A stretch of 64,000 nt of DNA from Betaproteobacteria bacterium (GCA_039932755.1 JBDTPJ010000004.1:1072-65071); one strand, 5' to 3'; shown: positions 1-10,284, counted from the first letter of the stretch. Notes: a model not told the origin generated them from the letters alone. Made by a program: numbers and translations.

Positions 1-2
1 GG

Positions 3-404
3 GTCAAGGCGCACCCGGAACAGGCACGCGCGTTGCTCGACGAGAATCCCAGCTTCGTTTTTTTCCGCGAGGTGCCGCCGCCCGAACCGGGTTCGCTCGA
101 CGCACGCATCGACGGGCCGATCGGCACGCTCGGCGTGCCGCTTTTGGCGCAACGCACGATCGCCATTGACGCCCGCGCCATTCCGCTGGGCGCGCCGGTG
201 TTTCTGGCGACGACGTTGCCGCTGTCCAAAACACCACTCGAACGCTTGGTGATGGCGCAGGACACGGGCGGCGCCATCCGGGGCGAGGTCCGTGCGGATT
301 ACTTCTGGGGCTTCGGACCGCAGGCCGGACGCGAGGCGGGCCGCATGTTGCAGGATGGCCGGATGTGGCTCCTGTGGCCCAAAGGTGCCGACCTGCCTCA
401 GTAG
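3..404 (+). CDS. mltA: Membrane-bound lytic murein transglycosylase A, C-terminal 3D domain (partial, runs off the window start)
   Basis: ENPSFVFF, IAIDARAIPLGAP, AQDTGGAIRG, RADYFWGFG motifs typical of MltA. Confidence 0.92.
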   Translation, partial: VKAHPEQARALLDENPSFVFFREVPPPEPGSLDARIDGPIGTLGVPLLAQRTIAIDARAIPLGAPVFLATTLPLSKTPLERLVMAQDTGGAIRGEVRADYFWGFGPQAGREAGRMLQDGRMWLLWPKGADLPQ

Positions 405-781
405 TTCCGCTGGCGTTGGCCCGCATGCCATTTGAGCGCTGCGATTTCCGCACGATTGACGAAATCATTCTGCACATGATGGGTCCGTGTCACCCCGCCC
501 TTCGTGAAGAACCTTCTTCGCGGAAGCCCGTATTCTCCATGCGCGACGTAACCGAACTTGCCCAGTTTCGACGCGTTGGCGTCCAAGACTTCCAGGCTCC
601 GGCCTTCGAGCAGGATGTCGATGATCGGCGTGGCGGCCAAGTCCGGTACTGACGTGCTGCCGATGTGGTGAACGTTGCAGATGCAGTCCGGCAGCAGGGC
701 GACCAGGCAGGATTGCTCGACGTCGAATTGCGCCGCCCATGTGGGGTCATGGGGAACAACCCGTACCGTTTTCGCTTCCAT
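398..781 (-). pseudogene. GrpB/UPF0157 family protein, apparently with an internal in-frame deletion
   Basis: VVPHDPTW, HHIGSTSVP, PIIDI, GEYGLPRRRFF, RTHHV motifs; only 127 aa; the usual FRDYLR..Y..LK segment is missing. Confidence 0.7.
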
Positions 782-784
782 GCG

Positions 785-1783
785 TCAGGCGGGTGTTGCG
801 GCGAGCACCTCGTGCGCCTGCTGGTCCGCGTGATACGACGAGCGCACCATCGCGCCGACTGCGGCGTGCCGAAAGCCCATCGTATAGGCCTCGCGTTCAA
901 AGATCGCAAAGTCCTCCGGGTGCACGTAGCGCAGCACGGGCAGATGCCCCTGGGTCGGCTGCAGGTATTGGCCGATGGTCAGCATATCGATATGGTGGGC
1001 GCGCATGTCGCGCATGACCGCGAGGATCTCCTCATCGGTCTCGCCCAAACCCACCATCAGCCCGGACTTGGTCGGAATGTCCGGAAACAGCGCCTTGAAG
1101 TCGCGCAGTAATGCGAGCGAATGCTGGTAGTCCGATCCCGGTCGCGCCTGTTTGTACAGTCGCGGTACCGTTTCAAGGTTGTGGTTCATCACGTCCGGCG
1201 GCGCCTCGCGCAGGATGGCAAGTGCGCGCTCCAAGCGGCCGCGAAAGTCGGGGACCAGCACTTCGATCTGCGTGGCCGGCGAATGCTCGCGCACCACGCG
1301 GATGCAGTCGACAAAATGCCGGGCGCCGCCGTCGCGCAGGTCGTCGCGGTCCACGCTGGTGATGACGACGTAGCGAAGTTTCAGCGCGGCAATGGTCTTG
1401 GCCAGATTGTTCGGCTCGTCAACATCGAGTGGCAGCGGACGTCCATGGCCAACATCGCAGAAGGGGCAGCGCCGCGTGCAGATGTCGCCCATGATCATGA
1501 ACGTCGCAGTGCCTTTGCTGAAGCACTCGCCGATGTTCGGGCACGAGGCTTCCTCGCATACGGTATGCAGGTTGTGCTCGCGCAGGATTTTCTTGATCTC
1601 GTTGAATCGCGGCGACGACGACGCGCGCACGCGAATCCATTCCGGCTTGGGCAGGCGTTCCGCCGCAATCACCTTGATGGCGTATTTGGCAAATACGCGC
1701 GCCGTTTTGGCCTCGCCTTTGTGCTTGACGCCCGCGGCATTGCTCGGCACGGGCGAAGGCGCGTCAGGGTCGTCCATGTTCAT
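785..1783 (-). CDS. lipA: Lipoyl synthase
   Basis: [12 protein letters not shown] and CTRRCPFC cluster motifs, C-terminal RSSYHA. Confidence 0.98.
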   Translation of the reverse strand: MNMDDPDAPSPVPSNAAGVKHKGEAKTARVFAKYAIKVIAAERLPKPEWIRVRASSSPRFNEIKKILREHNLHTVCEEASCPNIGECFSKGTATFMIMGDICTRRCPFCDVGHGRPLPLDVDEPNNLAKTIAALKLRYVVITSVDRDDLRDGGARHFVDCIRVVREHSPATQIEVLVPDFRGRLERALAILREAPPDVMNHNLETVPRLYKQARPGSDYQHSLALLRDFKALFPDIPTKSGLMVGLGETDEEILAVMRDMRAHHIDMLTIGQYLQPTQGHLPVLRYVHPEDFAIFEREAYTMGFRHAAVGAMVRSSYHADQQAHEVLAATPA

Positions 1784-2439
1784 CGCTGCGTGAGGTACAT
1801 CGCGAGCAACGGCGCGAACTCGGTACCCGCGGTCTCGACCGTGCGCACGACGCCGAAAGCGCTGAGTTGCGTCACCGCGAGGCCGCGAAAGCCGCAGGGG
1901 TCGATGTCGGCAAAGGGTGCCAAATCCATGTCGATGTTCACTGCCAGTCCGTGATAGGTGCAGCCCTTGCGCACTTTAAGCCCCAGCGCTGCAATTTTCG
2001 CTTCGTCATCGAACAAGGCGCCTGCGCCACTCACGTACACGCCCGGCGCGGCAACCTTGCCGTAGGCGGAAATTCCAACGGAATCAAGCCATTGTATCAC
2101 TGCAGCCTCGATCCTCCGGACCATGTCGCGCACGCCCACTCGCGCGCGTTTCAGGTCCTGGAGCGTGTACGCGATGAGCTGGCCGGGACCGTGATACGTG
2201 ATTTGCCCACCGCGATCGACCTTGAGGGCGGGTATGCCGTTGTCGCGCAACAGGTGTTCGCGGCGACCGGCAAGGCCCAGCGTGTAGATCGACGGGTGCT
2301 CGGTCAGCCAGATCTCGTCGGGCGTGGACGCAACGCGCGCGTCGGTGAACGCCTGCATCGCTCGCCAGGTGGTCTCGTAGTCGGTTCGGCCGAGTTTACG
2401 TATGACGACACCCGTCGCCGGATCAACCTGCGTTGTCAT
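1780..2439 (-). CDS. lipB: Octanoyltransferase
   Basis: [37 protein letters not shown]; start placed at MTTQVD (2439), overlapping the RES stop. Confidence 0.96.
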   Translation of the reverse strand: MTTQVDPATGVVIRKLGRTDYETTWRAMQAFTDARVASTPDEIWLTEHPSIYTLGLAGRREHLLRDNGIPALKVDRGGQITYHGPGQLIAYTLQDLKRARVGVRDMVRRIEAAVIQWLDSVGISAYGKVAAPGVYVSGAGALFDDEAKIAALGLKVRKGCTYHGLAVNIDMDLAPFADIDPCGFRGLAVTQLSAFGVVRTVETAGTEFAPLLAMYLTQR

Positions 2440-3170
2440 GGCCGGCTGCCCCAGATTTCCGCCGGAAATTCGTACTCCTCGACCGCCAGCACATGGGTTC
2501 GCTGCCAGACGACACGGTCGCGCGCGACGGAGAGCATCCACGTCTGCTGTTCCAGCGGCGACGGCCGGGCGAATGCGCGCGGATCGAGAACGGCGCAGCA
2601 GCCGCCATGTTGGGGGTCACGCACGGATTCGTAGCGAATGGCGCCCACACCCGCCTCGCGCGCCGTCACGCCAAAGCGCTGGCATCCGCCGTAGTCGTCG
2701 AGGTGTGTCCAGGTCTTGCGCTCACGCACGAAGGGCGGCTCGCGCAGGTCGACCGCGGTGGTCGTGAGCTTCATGCGAAAGACCGTCTGCGGCTTGGTCG
2801 GCATCGCCTGCATCGCGGGTGAATCGAGCAGGTGGCGCCAACGCCAATAGCCCAGCTCGGCGCATGCCGTGCGCACGGCATCCGCCGCGTAGAACACGCC
2901 GGGATCGCCGGGACCGCGAAAGCGCGAGCCTCCTGGTGGCGGCGCGTAGCGAAACGGTGTGAAAAGTAGATAGTGCAGGCGCGCGGCCACGGGCCCAATG
3001 GGCGGCTTGGTCTCATCCAGTACGCGCTCAAGCACGTGCTGTTCGTCGAGGGTGTCGACCAGCGCGCGCGTGGACACGACGTGCTGCGCCTCGACCGCGC
3101 GCCACGCATCATGCCGCAGGGGCGCGGCCTCAGAGGCGACCGCGGGCGGCGTCCAGGTACGAGACGACAC
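2436..3170 (-). CDS. RES-domain toxin (RES family NAD+ phosphorylase-like)
   Basis: WRAVEAQH, TPFRY, GSRF, GVFYAA..TACAE, IRYESVR (R-E-S residues); GTG start. Confidence 0.9.
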   Translation of the reverse strand: MSSRTWTPPAVASEAAPLRHDAWRAVEAQHVVSTRALVDTLDEQHVLERVLDETKPPIGPVAARLHYLLFTPFRYAPPPGGSRFRGPGDPGVFYAADAVRTACAELGYWRWRHLLDSPAMQAMPTKPQTVFRMKLTTTAVDLREPPFVRERKTWTHLDDYGGCQRFGVTAREAGVGAIRYESVRDPQHGGCCAVLDPRAFARPSPLEQQTWMLSVARDRVVWQRTHVLAVEEYEFPAEIWGSRP

Positions 3171-3528
3171 GGACCATGCCTTCCACGGAGCGCAGAAGGT
3201 CCTGCGGTCGCGCCGCTAGCGCTAGGTTGGGACTGGCGAGCCACGTCCGCGCCGTGTCCTCGTGTCCCCACAGCGCGTCGAGCGAGCGGAACATGCGTAC
3301 GAGCAGGAGCGCAAGCTCCCATTCCTTGGCGTGATCGGGCGAGAGTAAGTACTTGCCAGCAAACAGTCTGGACGCGGTGGCCTCGGAGACGCCCAGCGCC
3401 GCGGCCACGTCGCGTTGCGAAAGCTCCAGCAGCTTGGCCACGCGCACAACCGCCTTGCTCAGCACGGCGGCTTCGGACGGCGCTCGCGCGGGAACGGTTG
3501 CCTGGCGGGTTTGGGCATGAATATTCAT
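3130..3528 (-). CDS. Xre/MbcA/ParS-type antitoxin
   Basis: N-terminal HTH (LSQRDVAAALGVSEATASR), C-terminal WL..PN.AL...P.DLL..V..YLD; overlaps the RES gene. Alternative start at 3549. Confidence 0.9.
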   Translation of the reverse strand: MNIHAQTRQATVPARAPSEAAVLSKAVVRVAKLLELSQRDVAAALGVSEATASRLFAGKYLLSPDHAKEWELALLLVRMFRSLDALWGHEDTARTWLASPNLALAARPQDLLRSVEGMVRVVSYLDAARGRL

Positions 3529-3563
3529 GAGGAAAGTATCATGCCACATTTTTCCCCAGGAAA
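3516..3563 (-). promoter_or_regulatory. Putative TA promoter/operator
   Basis: Perfect palindrome CATGAATATTCATG (3516-3529) over the antitoxin start, and TTTCC-N3-GGAAA (3551-3563). Confidence 0.45.
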
Positions 3564-3581
3564 GAAGCGCTCATGGCCCGA

Positions 3582-3890
3582 TTACAGCACCATTTTCACC
3601 ATCGGATGCGCCACGAGCTCCCGATACAGGTCGTCCAACTGGACGCGTGAGTTGGCGTTGACCGTCGCCGTGAACGACAGCCAGTTGCCTTCCTTGGACG
3701 CGCGCATCTCGAGCGCCGACGGATCGAAGTCGGGCGCGTGCCTGCACACGACGTCCGAGACGGCCTGGGCGAAGCCGTCCTGCGTGCGACCCATGATCTT
3801 GATCGGGAACGTGCACGGAAAGGTCAGCGCGGATTCACGCTCCTCCGCATGGAGTGCGTCGAGGGCGGCGTCAGGCTTGTTCAGGGTCAT
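3582..3890 (-). CDS. ybeD: YbeD/DUF493 family protein
   Basis: FPCTFPIKIMG, SKEGNWLS, QLDDLYRELVAHPMVKMVL; usual position upstream of lipB; start uncertain (3890 or 3923). Confidence 0.92.
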   Translation of the reverse strand: MTLNKPDAALDALHAEERESALTFPCTFPIKIMGRTQDGFAQAVSDVVCRHAPDFDPSALEMRASKEGNWLSFTATVNANSRVQLDDLYRELVAHPMVKMVL

Positions 3891-3988
3891 GGCGGTCTCC
3901 GGTCGGGTCGTGGGTTTTCCCACGCGACCACGATCCCATCAATATGCGGGCGGCGCCGGCGCGTTGCAACCGGCGCGCGACGTGTCGC

Positions 3989-5194
3989 TTAAGCGCCGTA
4001 CATGTAGTCGCGCGTGAGCGGATGCGGCAGGCACCCGTCGGCCTGTGGCTTGCCCGCAAGCACCTGCCATAGCGACAACCAGCCGCGATCAAAGGCATGC
4101 GCGGAGCCCGCCATGTAGATGCGCCAGATCCGATATTTTTCGTCGCCGACTTCCGCGCGCGCAGCGCCCGCATTGGCCTCCAGCCGGCCCACCCACTGCC
4201 AGAGCGTCCGGGCATAGTGTTCACGCAAAGACTCGGCGTCGATGGTCTCAAGGCCTTCTTTCGCCATGCCGCTGACGACATTCGCAACGTGGGTGAGCTG
4301 GCCGCCGGGAAAGACGTAGTCCTCGACAAAGTCACTGATGCCGCTGCCCAGATTCTCGGCATTGGCCGCATTGAGGGTAATGCCGTGGTTGAGCACGAGG
4401 CCGCCCGGCTTCAGCACCGTACGGATCTTGCCGAAATATTTCGGAAAGCGGTGCAGGCCGACGTGCTCGAACATGCCCACGCTCGCAACCTTGTCGTAGA
4501 CCGGATCGTCGGGCAGGTCCCGGTAGTCGCGCAGCTCGACGCCCACAAGTCCTTCGAGGCCGCGGGCCGCGATTTCGCGCGTCACGTGGTCGAACTGGTT
4601 TTGCGACAACGTGATGCCGGTGGCGGCGACGCCATAGTTCTGCGCTGCGTGGAACAGCAACGCGCCCCAGCCGCAGCCGATGTCGAGGAAGCGCTCTCCG
4701 GGCGCCAAGCGCAACTTGCGGCAGATGTGGTCGAGTTTTTGCAATTGCGCCGCGTCGAGCGAATCGCCGTCCTGCCGGAAATACCCGCAGGAGTAGACCA
4801 TCCTCTGGTCCAGCCACATCCGATAGAACGAATCCGACACGTCGTAGTGATGCGCGATGTTCCGGCGACTTGTGCGGGCGCGGTGCAGCCAGCCCTTGAA
4901 TCGCGCCCGCGCGCGGTCGCGGCCGTGCTGAACCGACCCCACCATCGATTCCGCAATGCCGATCATCCGCTGCGCGCTGCCGGTGAAATCCAGGTCGCCG
5001 CGGACATATGCCCGGGCGAGGGAGCCCAGCGCCGGAGTCGCCAGTGCGCGCAGGCCCTTCCACGAACGGGCCACGATGTCGGCGGCGGGCGCGGCAGACA
5101 GCGGCACGCGCGCACCGTCGGGAAGGACGAGCGTGACCGGCACATTGCGCCCGTCATAACGACTCGCGATGAATTGGCGGACTACCTCGGCCAT
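3989..5194 (-). CDS. cfa: Cyclopropane-fatty-acyl-phospholipid synthase family methyltransferase
   Basis: NIAHHYDVS, MVYSCGYF, LDIGCGWG, SVGMFEHVG, YVFPGG, HYARTL. Confidence 0.9.
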   Translation of the reverse strand: MAEVVRQFIASRYDGRNVPVTLVLPDGARVPLSAAPAADIVARSWKGLRALATPALGSLARAYVRGDLDFTGSAQRMIGIAESMVGSVQHGRDRARARFKGWLHRARTSRRNIAHHYDVSDSFYRMWLDQRMVYSCGYFRQDGDSLDAAQLQKLDHICRKLRLAPGERFLDIGCGWGALLFHAAQNYGVAATGITLSQNQFDHVTREIAARGLEGLVGVELRDYRDLPDDPVYDKVASVGMFEHVGLHRFPKYFGKIRTVLKPGGLVLNHGITLNAANAENLGSGISDFVEDYVFPGGQLTHVANVVSGMAKEGLETIDAESLREHYARTLWQWVGRLEANAGAARAEVGDEKYRIWRIYMAGSAHAFDRGWLSLWQVLAGKPQADGCLPHPLTRDYMYGA

Positions 5195-5441
5195 GGTGGT
5201 TGCCTCCCTTGCGACGAAGGTGACGTTGCCTTGGGCTTACAAAGGCCGCGCCGACCTTGGGCAGCGCTGCGCCCAAATTCTATCAATTTGGGCGGAACGA
5301 ACAATCGGTGTTTGTCCGACAATCATGTCGTTTTGACATGGCTCAACCCGCCGCCTAACATTCCCACAACCTTGGCCGCTGCCCGCAGGCGACAGCGGCG
5401 CCGCGTCCGCACTCCCCGATCCAAGTCCACCCTCGAGCCGC

Positions 5442-5948
5442 ATGGCACCATCGGCCACCCCGCCACAGGCGTTTGATTCCCGTCAGTTTCGCGACGCGCT
5501 CGGCGAGTTCGCGACCGGCGTCACGATCATCTGCGCGAACACCGGCGACGGCCGCTACGTCGGGCTGACCGCCAATTCCTTCAATTCGGTGTCGCTCGAC
5601 CCGCCACTGGTCCTGTGGAGCTTGGCCCGGGGTTCAGCGAGCCTGCCCGCATTCGAGGCGGCGCCGCGCTACAGCGTGAACGTGCTTTCCGCGAATCAGA
5701 CCGAGTTGGCGCGCCGCTTTTCGCGACCACACGAAGACCGCTTTGCGGGAGTGGGATTCCGGATGGGCTGGGCCAATGCGCCGCTAATCGACGGGTGCGT
5801 GGCGTGGTTTGAATGCGTCCATCACGGCCGTCACCGCGCCGGCGATCACATTGTGTTCATCGGCGAGGTCGCCACCTGCGAGCGCACCAAAGGTAGCGGC
5901 CTCGTGTTCCACCACGGGCAGTTCGGCTCGGTGATCCCCACGACGTGA
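5442..5948 (+). CDS. Flavin reductase family protein
   Basis: FRDALGEFATGVTI, GLTANSFNSVSLDPPLVLW, GDHIVFIGEV. Confidence 0.93.
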   Translation: MAPSATPPQAFDSRQFRDALGEFATGVTIICANTGDGRYVGLTANSFNSVSLDPPLVLWSLARGSASLPAFEAAPRYSVNVLSANQTELARRFSRPHEDRFAGVGFRMGWANAPLIDGCVAWFECVHHGRHRAGDHIVFIGEVATCERTKGSGLVFHHGQFGSVIPTT

Positions 5949-5967
5949 GGAGTGAGCGTTGGGGCGT

Positions 5968-6825
5968 TCAATGCGCCTTGGGCTTCTTGGCCTGGAATAT
6001 TTCCCACATCTTCTGGAAAACCGGGCCGGGGCGACCACCCGCGAACGGCCTGCCGTCCAGCGTCGTCACCGCCAGCACTTCCTTGGTCGATGACGATAAC
6101 CACATTTCCTCTGCCGCCAGGGCCTCGTCCCGGGTGACGGGTCGCACCGTCAGCGGGATCCCCGCTTCGCGCGCGAATTCCGCAGTGGCGTCGTACGTGA
6201 TTCCCGGCAGGATGTGATTGTCCTTGGGCGGGATCACGATACCCCCGTCGATAACGACCAGCACGTTCGACGCCGAGGCCTCCGTAAGGAAGCCGTCGCG
6301 GAACATCACGGTCTCGACCGCGCCATTGTCCTGGGCGAGCTGGCGCATGAGCACGTTGCCGAGCAGCGAGATGGTCTTCAGGTCGCAGCGATGCCACCGG
6401 TTGTCTTCCGCCGTTACCACCGCCACGCCCTTTTCCACGACCTCGCGCGAAGGCGTGGCCAGCGGATTGCTCATCATGAACACGGTCGGCACCGCGTCCT
6501 TTGGGAACGTGTGGTCGCGCTTGGCCACTCCGCGCGTCACCTGAAAATAAACGCCCTGGTTGGCGAACGGCTGGCGACCGATCAGCGCGCGTATCAGCGC
6601 CTCCCACTGCGCATCGGTATGCGGATTGGGCAGGCCGATGCCATCCAAGCTGCGCTGCAGTCGCGCCAGGTGGTGCGCCAATCGAAATGGCTCGCCGGCA
6701 TACACGGGGATCAACTCGTATACGCCATCGCCGAAGATGAAACCGCGATCGAGCACGGACACCTTGGCCTCGCCCAGCGGAATGAATTCGCCGTTGAGCA
6801 ACACAATCTGGTCGGGATCAAACAT
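5968..6825 (-). CDS. dat: D-amino-acid aminotransferase (PLP class IV)
   Basis: DRGFIFGDGVYE, LKTISLL, TEASASN, ILPGIT. Confidence 0.9.
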   Translation of the reverse strand: MFDPDQIVLLNGEFIPLGEAKVSVLDRGFIFGDGVYELIPVYAGEPFRLAHHLARLQRSLDGIGLPNPHTDAQWEALIRALIGRQPFANQGVYFQVTRGVAKRDHTFPKDAVPTVFMMSNPLATPSREVVEKGVAVVTAEDNRWHRCDLKTISLLGNVLMRQLAQDNGAVETVMFRDGFLTEASASNVLVVIDGGIVIPPKDNHILPGITYDATAEFAREAGIPLTVRPVTRDEALAAEEMWLSSSTKEVLAVTTLDGRPFAGGRPGPVFQKMWEIFQAKKPKAH

Positions 6826-6901
6826 GGTTGTCGGGGGGTCCGGAATCGATTATCAATGGATAAAAGCAAGCGGCGTGGACTGGCGTCACGAGCCCTTGCA
6901 C

Positions 6902-8113
6902 TCAGGTACGCTTGAACCACAGTTGAATCGTGTCCCACGCGCGACCGAGCATTCCCGCTGCGGGAACTTCCTCCAATGCAATCAGCGGGAACTCCGCGAC
7001 CGGCTTGCCTTCGAGCGCCACCTTGACTGTGCCCACACGTTGTGCGCGGGCAATGGGCGCCATCAAAGGCTCCTGCGCTTCCATCGTCAGCGTCAGCTTG
7101 TCGGCTTTGCCTTTAGGAAGCGTCAGATAGCGGTCCGCCAGGAAGCCGGCGGGCACCTCCTTCAAGGTTCCCTTCCAGATCCGCAACGTCGAAATCGTTT
7201 TGCCTGACTGATAGAGCTGCACCGTATCGAATGCCTGGAAGCCCCAATTCAGCAGCTTCTGCGCCTCATTTGCGCGCGCTGCATCGGAGGTTGCGCCCAG
7301 AACCACGGCGAGCACGCGGCGTTCGCCCTGTTTCGCTGACGCGATCAGGCACCATCCGGCCGCCTCGGTATGGCCGGTCTTGATGCCGTCCACGTTGGGA
7401 TCAGTCCAGAGCAGGCGGTTGCGGTTGGTCTGCGTGATGCCGTTGTAGCGGAATTCCTTCTGCGAATAGAGTGGGTAGAACTCCGGATAGTCGACGATCA
7501 CCGCACTTGCGAGCCTGGCCAGGTCCGCCGCAGTGGAATAATGCTCCGGTGCGGTGAGCCCCGTGACATTGGCGAAGTGCGTGTCGGTCATCTGGAGGCG
7601 CGCCGTCTCCGCGTTCATCCGGGCGACAAAGGACTCCTCGCTGCCCGCCACCAATTCCGCCAGCGCAATCGCGGCGTCATTGCCCGAGTGGATGATCAAG
7701 CCGTGCAACAGTTCGTCCACGCTGACCGCGCGCCGCGGCTCGATGAACATGCGCGAGCCTTCCGCGCGCCACGCACGCGCGGACACGTTCACCATTTGCG
7801 ATGCTTGGATCGTTTTCGTGCGCAGGGCGCCGAACACGAGATAAGCCGTCATCAATTTGGTCAGCGAAGCCGGGTCCCTGCGCTCGGCGCCATTGGCGCT
7901 TTCGAGCGTCTGTCCGCTGGTCACGTCGACAAGCAAATGGACGGGCGCCGCCAGCGACGGCGCGGGCAAGCCGGCCACGGGTTGGGCAATCGTGGCCGAC
8001 GGCGCCGGAGCGGCCAAAAGTTGCGGCGCCGTGACCGCAAGCATCGTGGCCAACAGTGTCGCGAAAAGCGGCGCGGAGAAGAACGACGGGGGGAGAGCCA
8101 CGGAAGGTGACAT
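6902..8113 (-). CDS. dacA: D-alanyl-D-alanine carboxypeptidase (PBP5/6)
   Basis: ASLTK (SxxK), SGN, KTG motifs, signal peptide. Confidence 0.93.
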   Translation of the reverse strand: MSPSVALPPSFFSAPLFATLLATMLAVTAPQLLAAPAPSATIAQPVAGLPAPSLAAPVHLLVDVTSGQTLESANGAERRDPASLTKLMTAYLVFGALRTKTIQASQMVNVSARAWRAEGSRMFIEPRRAVSVDELLHGLIIHSGNDAAIALAELVAGSEESFVARMNAETARLQMTDTHFANVTGLTAPEHYSTAADLARLASAVIVDYPEFYPLYSQKEFRYNGITQTNRNRLLWTDPNVDGIKTGHTEAAGWCLIASAKQGERRVLAVVLGATSDAARANEAQKLLNWGFQAFDTVQLYQSGKTISTLRIWKGTLKEVPAGFLADRYLTLPKGKADKLTLTMEAQEPLMAPIARAQRVGTVKVALEGKPVAEFPLIALEEVPAAGMLGRAWDTIQLWFKRT

Positions 8114-8208
8114 ACGAGGCGGGAATACGCACGATTATACCGGTCGCGACATTACGTCCCGGTACGCCGTGGCGATACGGGCACCATCGCCTCGTCCGAC
8201 ACCACCCT

Positions 8209-8988
8209 TCAACGCGGATTCAGAGCGAGCACACCGAGAACCTCGCCTTCGAACTTGCCGAGCACGATGGCCATATCGTCCGTGCGGCTTCGCAGCGGCA
8301 GGTAGACCAGTGCCTCCACCGGCTTGCCAGACCGGGCGACGAACCTCGCGACCGTCTCGGCACTGGCCGCATTTTTTTCCGCGAGCATGGCCAAGGGCTT
8401 GCCCTGTCCCGCGGCTTCGCGCGATGCCGTCGCATAGGGAATGTAGTACCGCGGATACGCCGTGAAATCCGGGCCGCCCGTGGCGGATTCCATCGCGATC
8501 TGCATCTGTTGCCCGGGATCCACCGGCATGCGCGCGGCCGCAAGGCGCGGACCGGTCCATGGCACCGTCTGGAATTCCGGGAGTTTGGCCCCGGCCATGC
8601 CTTCGGTAATCACATCATTGGCCGTGACCACGTCGAACTGCCCGCGCAGATACACGACGAACGCCGGACGCGCAGACGCCATCACGTGCACGCCGTAGAT
8701 GAGTGCGGCGACCTGCAGCATCACGATGACCGCCAGATCGTAGACGAGACTCTTCTTCGCCGGATCGAACACGACGAGCGTGAGCAGGGGGCCGAGCACG
8801 ACATCGACGCCGACAAGCAGCAACAACAGGGTGCCGCCGCCGGCCGCCGCGAACCACGGGCTCGGGTACCAGAGAAGAAACATGACCGCGACAATCGTTG
8901 CCGCGACCAGGACGCTCAAGCCCAGATGGATCAGTGCCGCCTGCCGGCGGGTAAAGCGCGCGAGATTCTCCGCCGCGAAAAAATTCAT
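8209..8988 (-). CDS. TfpX/TfpZ (FimB-like) type IV pilin accessory membrane protein
   Basis: HLGLS, WYPSP, VDVVLGPLLTLVV, K..L..DL..I..LQ, RP..VV motifs. Confidence 0.8.
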   Translation of the reverse strand: MNFFAAENLARFTRRQAALIHLGLSVLVAATIVAVMFLLWYPSPWFAAAGGGTLLLLLVGVDVVLGPLLTLVVFDPAKKSLVYDLAVIVMLQVAALIYGVHVMASARPAFVVYLRGQFDVVTANDVITEGMAGAKLPEFQTVPWTGPRLAAARMPVDPGQQMQIAMESATGGPDFTAYPRYYIPYATASREAAGQGKPLAMLAEKNAASAETVARFVARSGKPVEALVYLPLRSRTDDMAIVLGKFEGEVLGVLALNPR

Positions 8989-9027
8989 TCTCGCCCCGAG
9001 TGTTCAAGGGATGTTTCGGACCGGATT

Positions 9028-10284
9028 CTACTTTCGCGTAAACGCAAAATCGACCTCCGGCTTGCGTCCCGCCATGACATCGGCGAGCGCGCGACCCGAA
9101 CCACAGGCCATGGTCCAGCCGAGCGTGCCGTGCCCGGTGTCTAGAAACAGGTTGCGATAACGCGTCCCGCCTACCAAGGGAACATTCGATGGGGTGGCCG
9201 GGCGCAATCCGGTCCAGAATTGGGCGCTGTCGCGCGTCCCCGCATCCGGAAAAAGTTCGAACGTCCGCCGCAGCAGCGCTTCGCAGCGCACCAGATTGAG
9301 GTCTTTATTGTAGCCCGATAGCTCCGCGGTACCCGCGACGCGCAACCGGTCACCCAGCCGCGTGAACACAATCTTCCACGCGAGATCGGTGAGCGACACC
9401 GTCGGCGCGCCGCGATGGTCGTCGATCGCAATCGTGGCCGAGTACCCTTTGGCAGGGTAAATTAGACAGGGCACGCCGAGGGGTCGCAGCAGTGCCGGGC
9501 TGTAGCTGCCCAGCGCTAGCACGTACGCATCGGCGGAAAGTACTTCCTTGCGGTGTTCCGCGTTGATGCAGCGCACGCCAGTCATTGCGTCGCCTTCGGC
9601 CACCAGCGATTCGATGGCCATGCCCCAACGGAATTGCACGCCGCGCTCCGCCGCCATGCGCGCAAGCTCCTGGGTGAAGCGCTGCGCATCGCCGGATTCG
9701 TCGGAGATCGTGAAGATGCCCCCCGCCAACTGCCCGCGACAAGTGGCGAGCGCGGGTTCGATGGCGACGCATTCGTCGACGGACTTCACATCGCGGTCGC
9801 AGCCGAACTTGCGCATCAGGTCCGCGGAAGCCACGCCCTGTGCAAATTCCTTTGGATCGGTATAGAAGGAAAGGATGCCGCGCTCGAGGTGGTCGTATTC
9901 GATGCCGATCTGTGCGCGCAGTTCCTTCAGGCAATCGCGCGAGTACAACGCGAGATTGAGGCACTGGATGGTGTTGTGCCGCGTGCGCCAGGGCAGGCAT
10001 TCGTAGAGGAACTGCAGGCCCCAACGCCATTGCTGCGGATCGGCCCGCAACCGGAACAGTAGCGGCGCATCGTCCTTTCCCAACCACTTCAGGATCTTGA
10101 GCGGCGCTTCCGGATTGGCCCAGGGCTCGGCATACGACGCGGAAATCTGGCCGCCATTGGCGAACGAGGTTTCCAGAGCCGCGCCCGGGTGCCGATCGAG
10201 CACGGTGACTTCATGGCCATCCTGCGCGAGGTACCACGCGGCCGTGACGCCGACCACCCCCGCGCCCAGCACCAGGACGCGCAT
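9028..10284 (-). CDS. dadA: D-amino acid dehydrogenase
   Basis: GAGVVG, ETSFANGGQIS, WTGLRPATP, GHGTLGWTMACGS. Confidence 0.95.
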   Translation of the reverse strand: MRVLVLGAGVVGVTAAWYLAQDGHEVTVLDRHPGAALETSFANGGQISASYAEPWANPEAPLKILKWLGKDDAPLLFRLRADPQQWRWGLQFLYECLPWRTRHNTIQCLNLALYSRDCLKELRAQIGIEYDHLERGILSFYTDPKEFAQGVASADLMRKFGCDRDVKSVDECVAIEPALATCRGQLAGGIFTISDESGDAQRFTQELARMAAERGVQFRWGMAIESLVAEGDAMTGVRCINAEHRKEVLSADAYVLALGSYSPALLRPLGVPCLIYPAKGYSATIAIDDHRGAPTVSLTDLAWKIVFTRLGDRLRVAGTAELSGYNKDLNLVRCEALLRRTFELFPDAGTRDSAQFWTGLRPATPSNVPLVGGTRYRNLFLDTGHGTLGWTMACGSGRALADVMAGRKPEVDFAFTRK

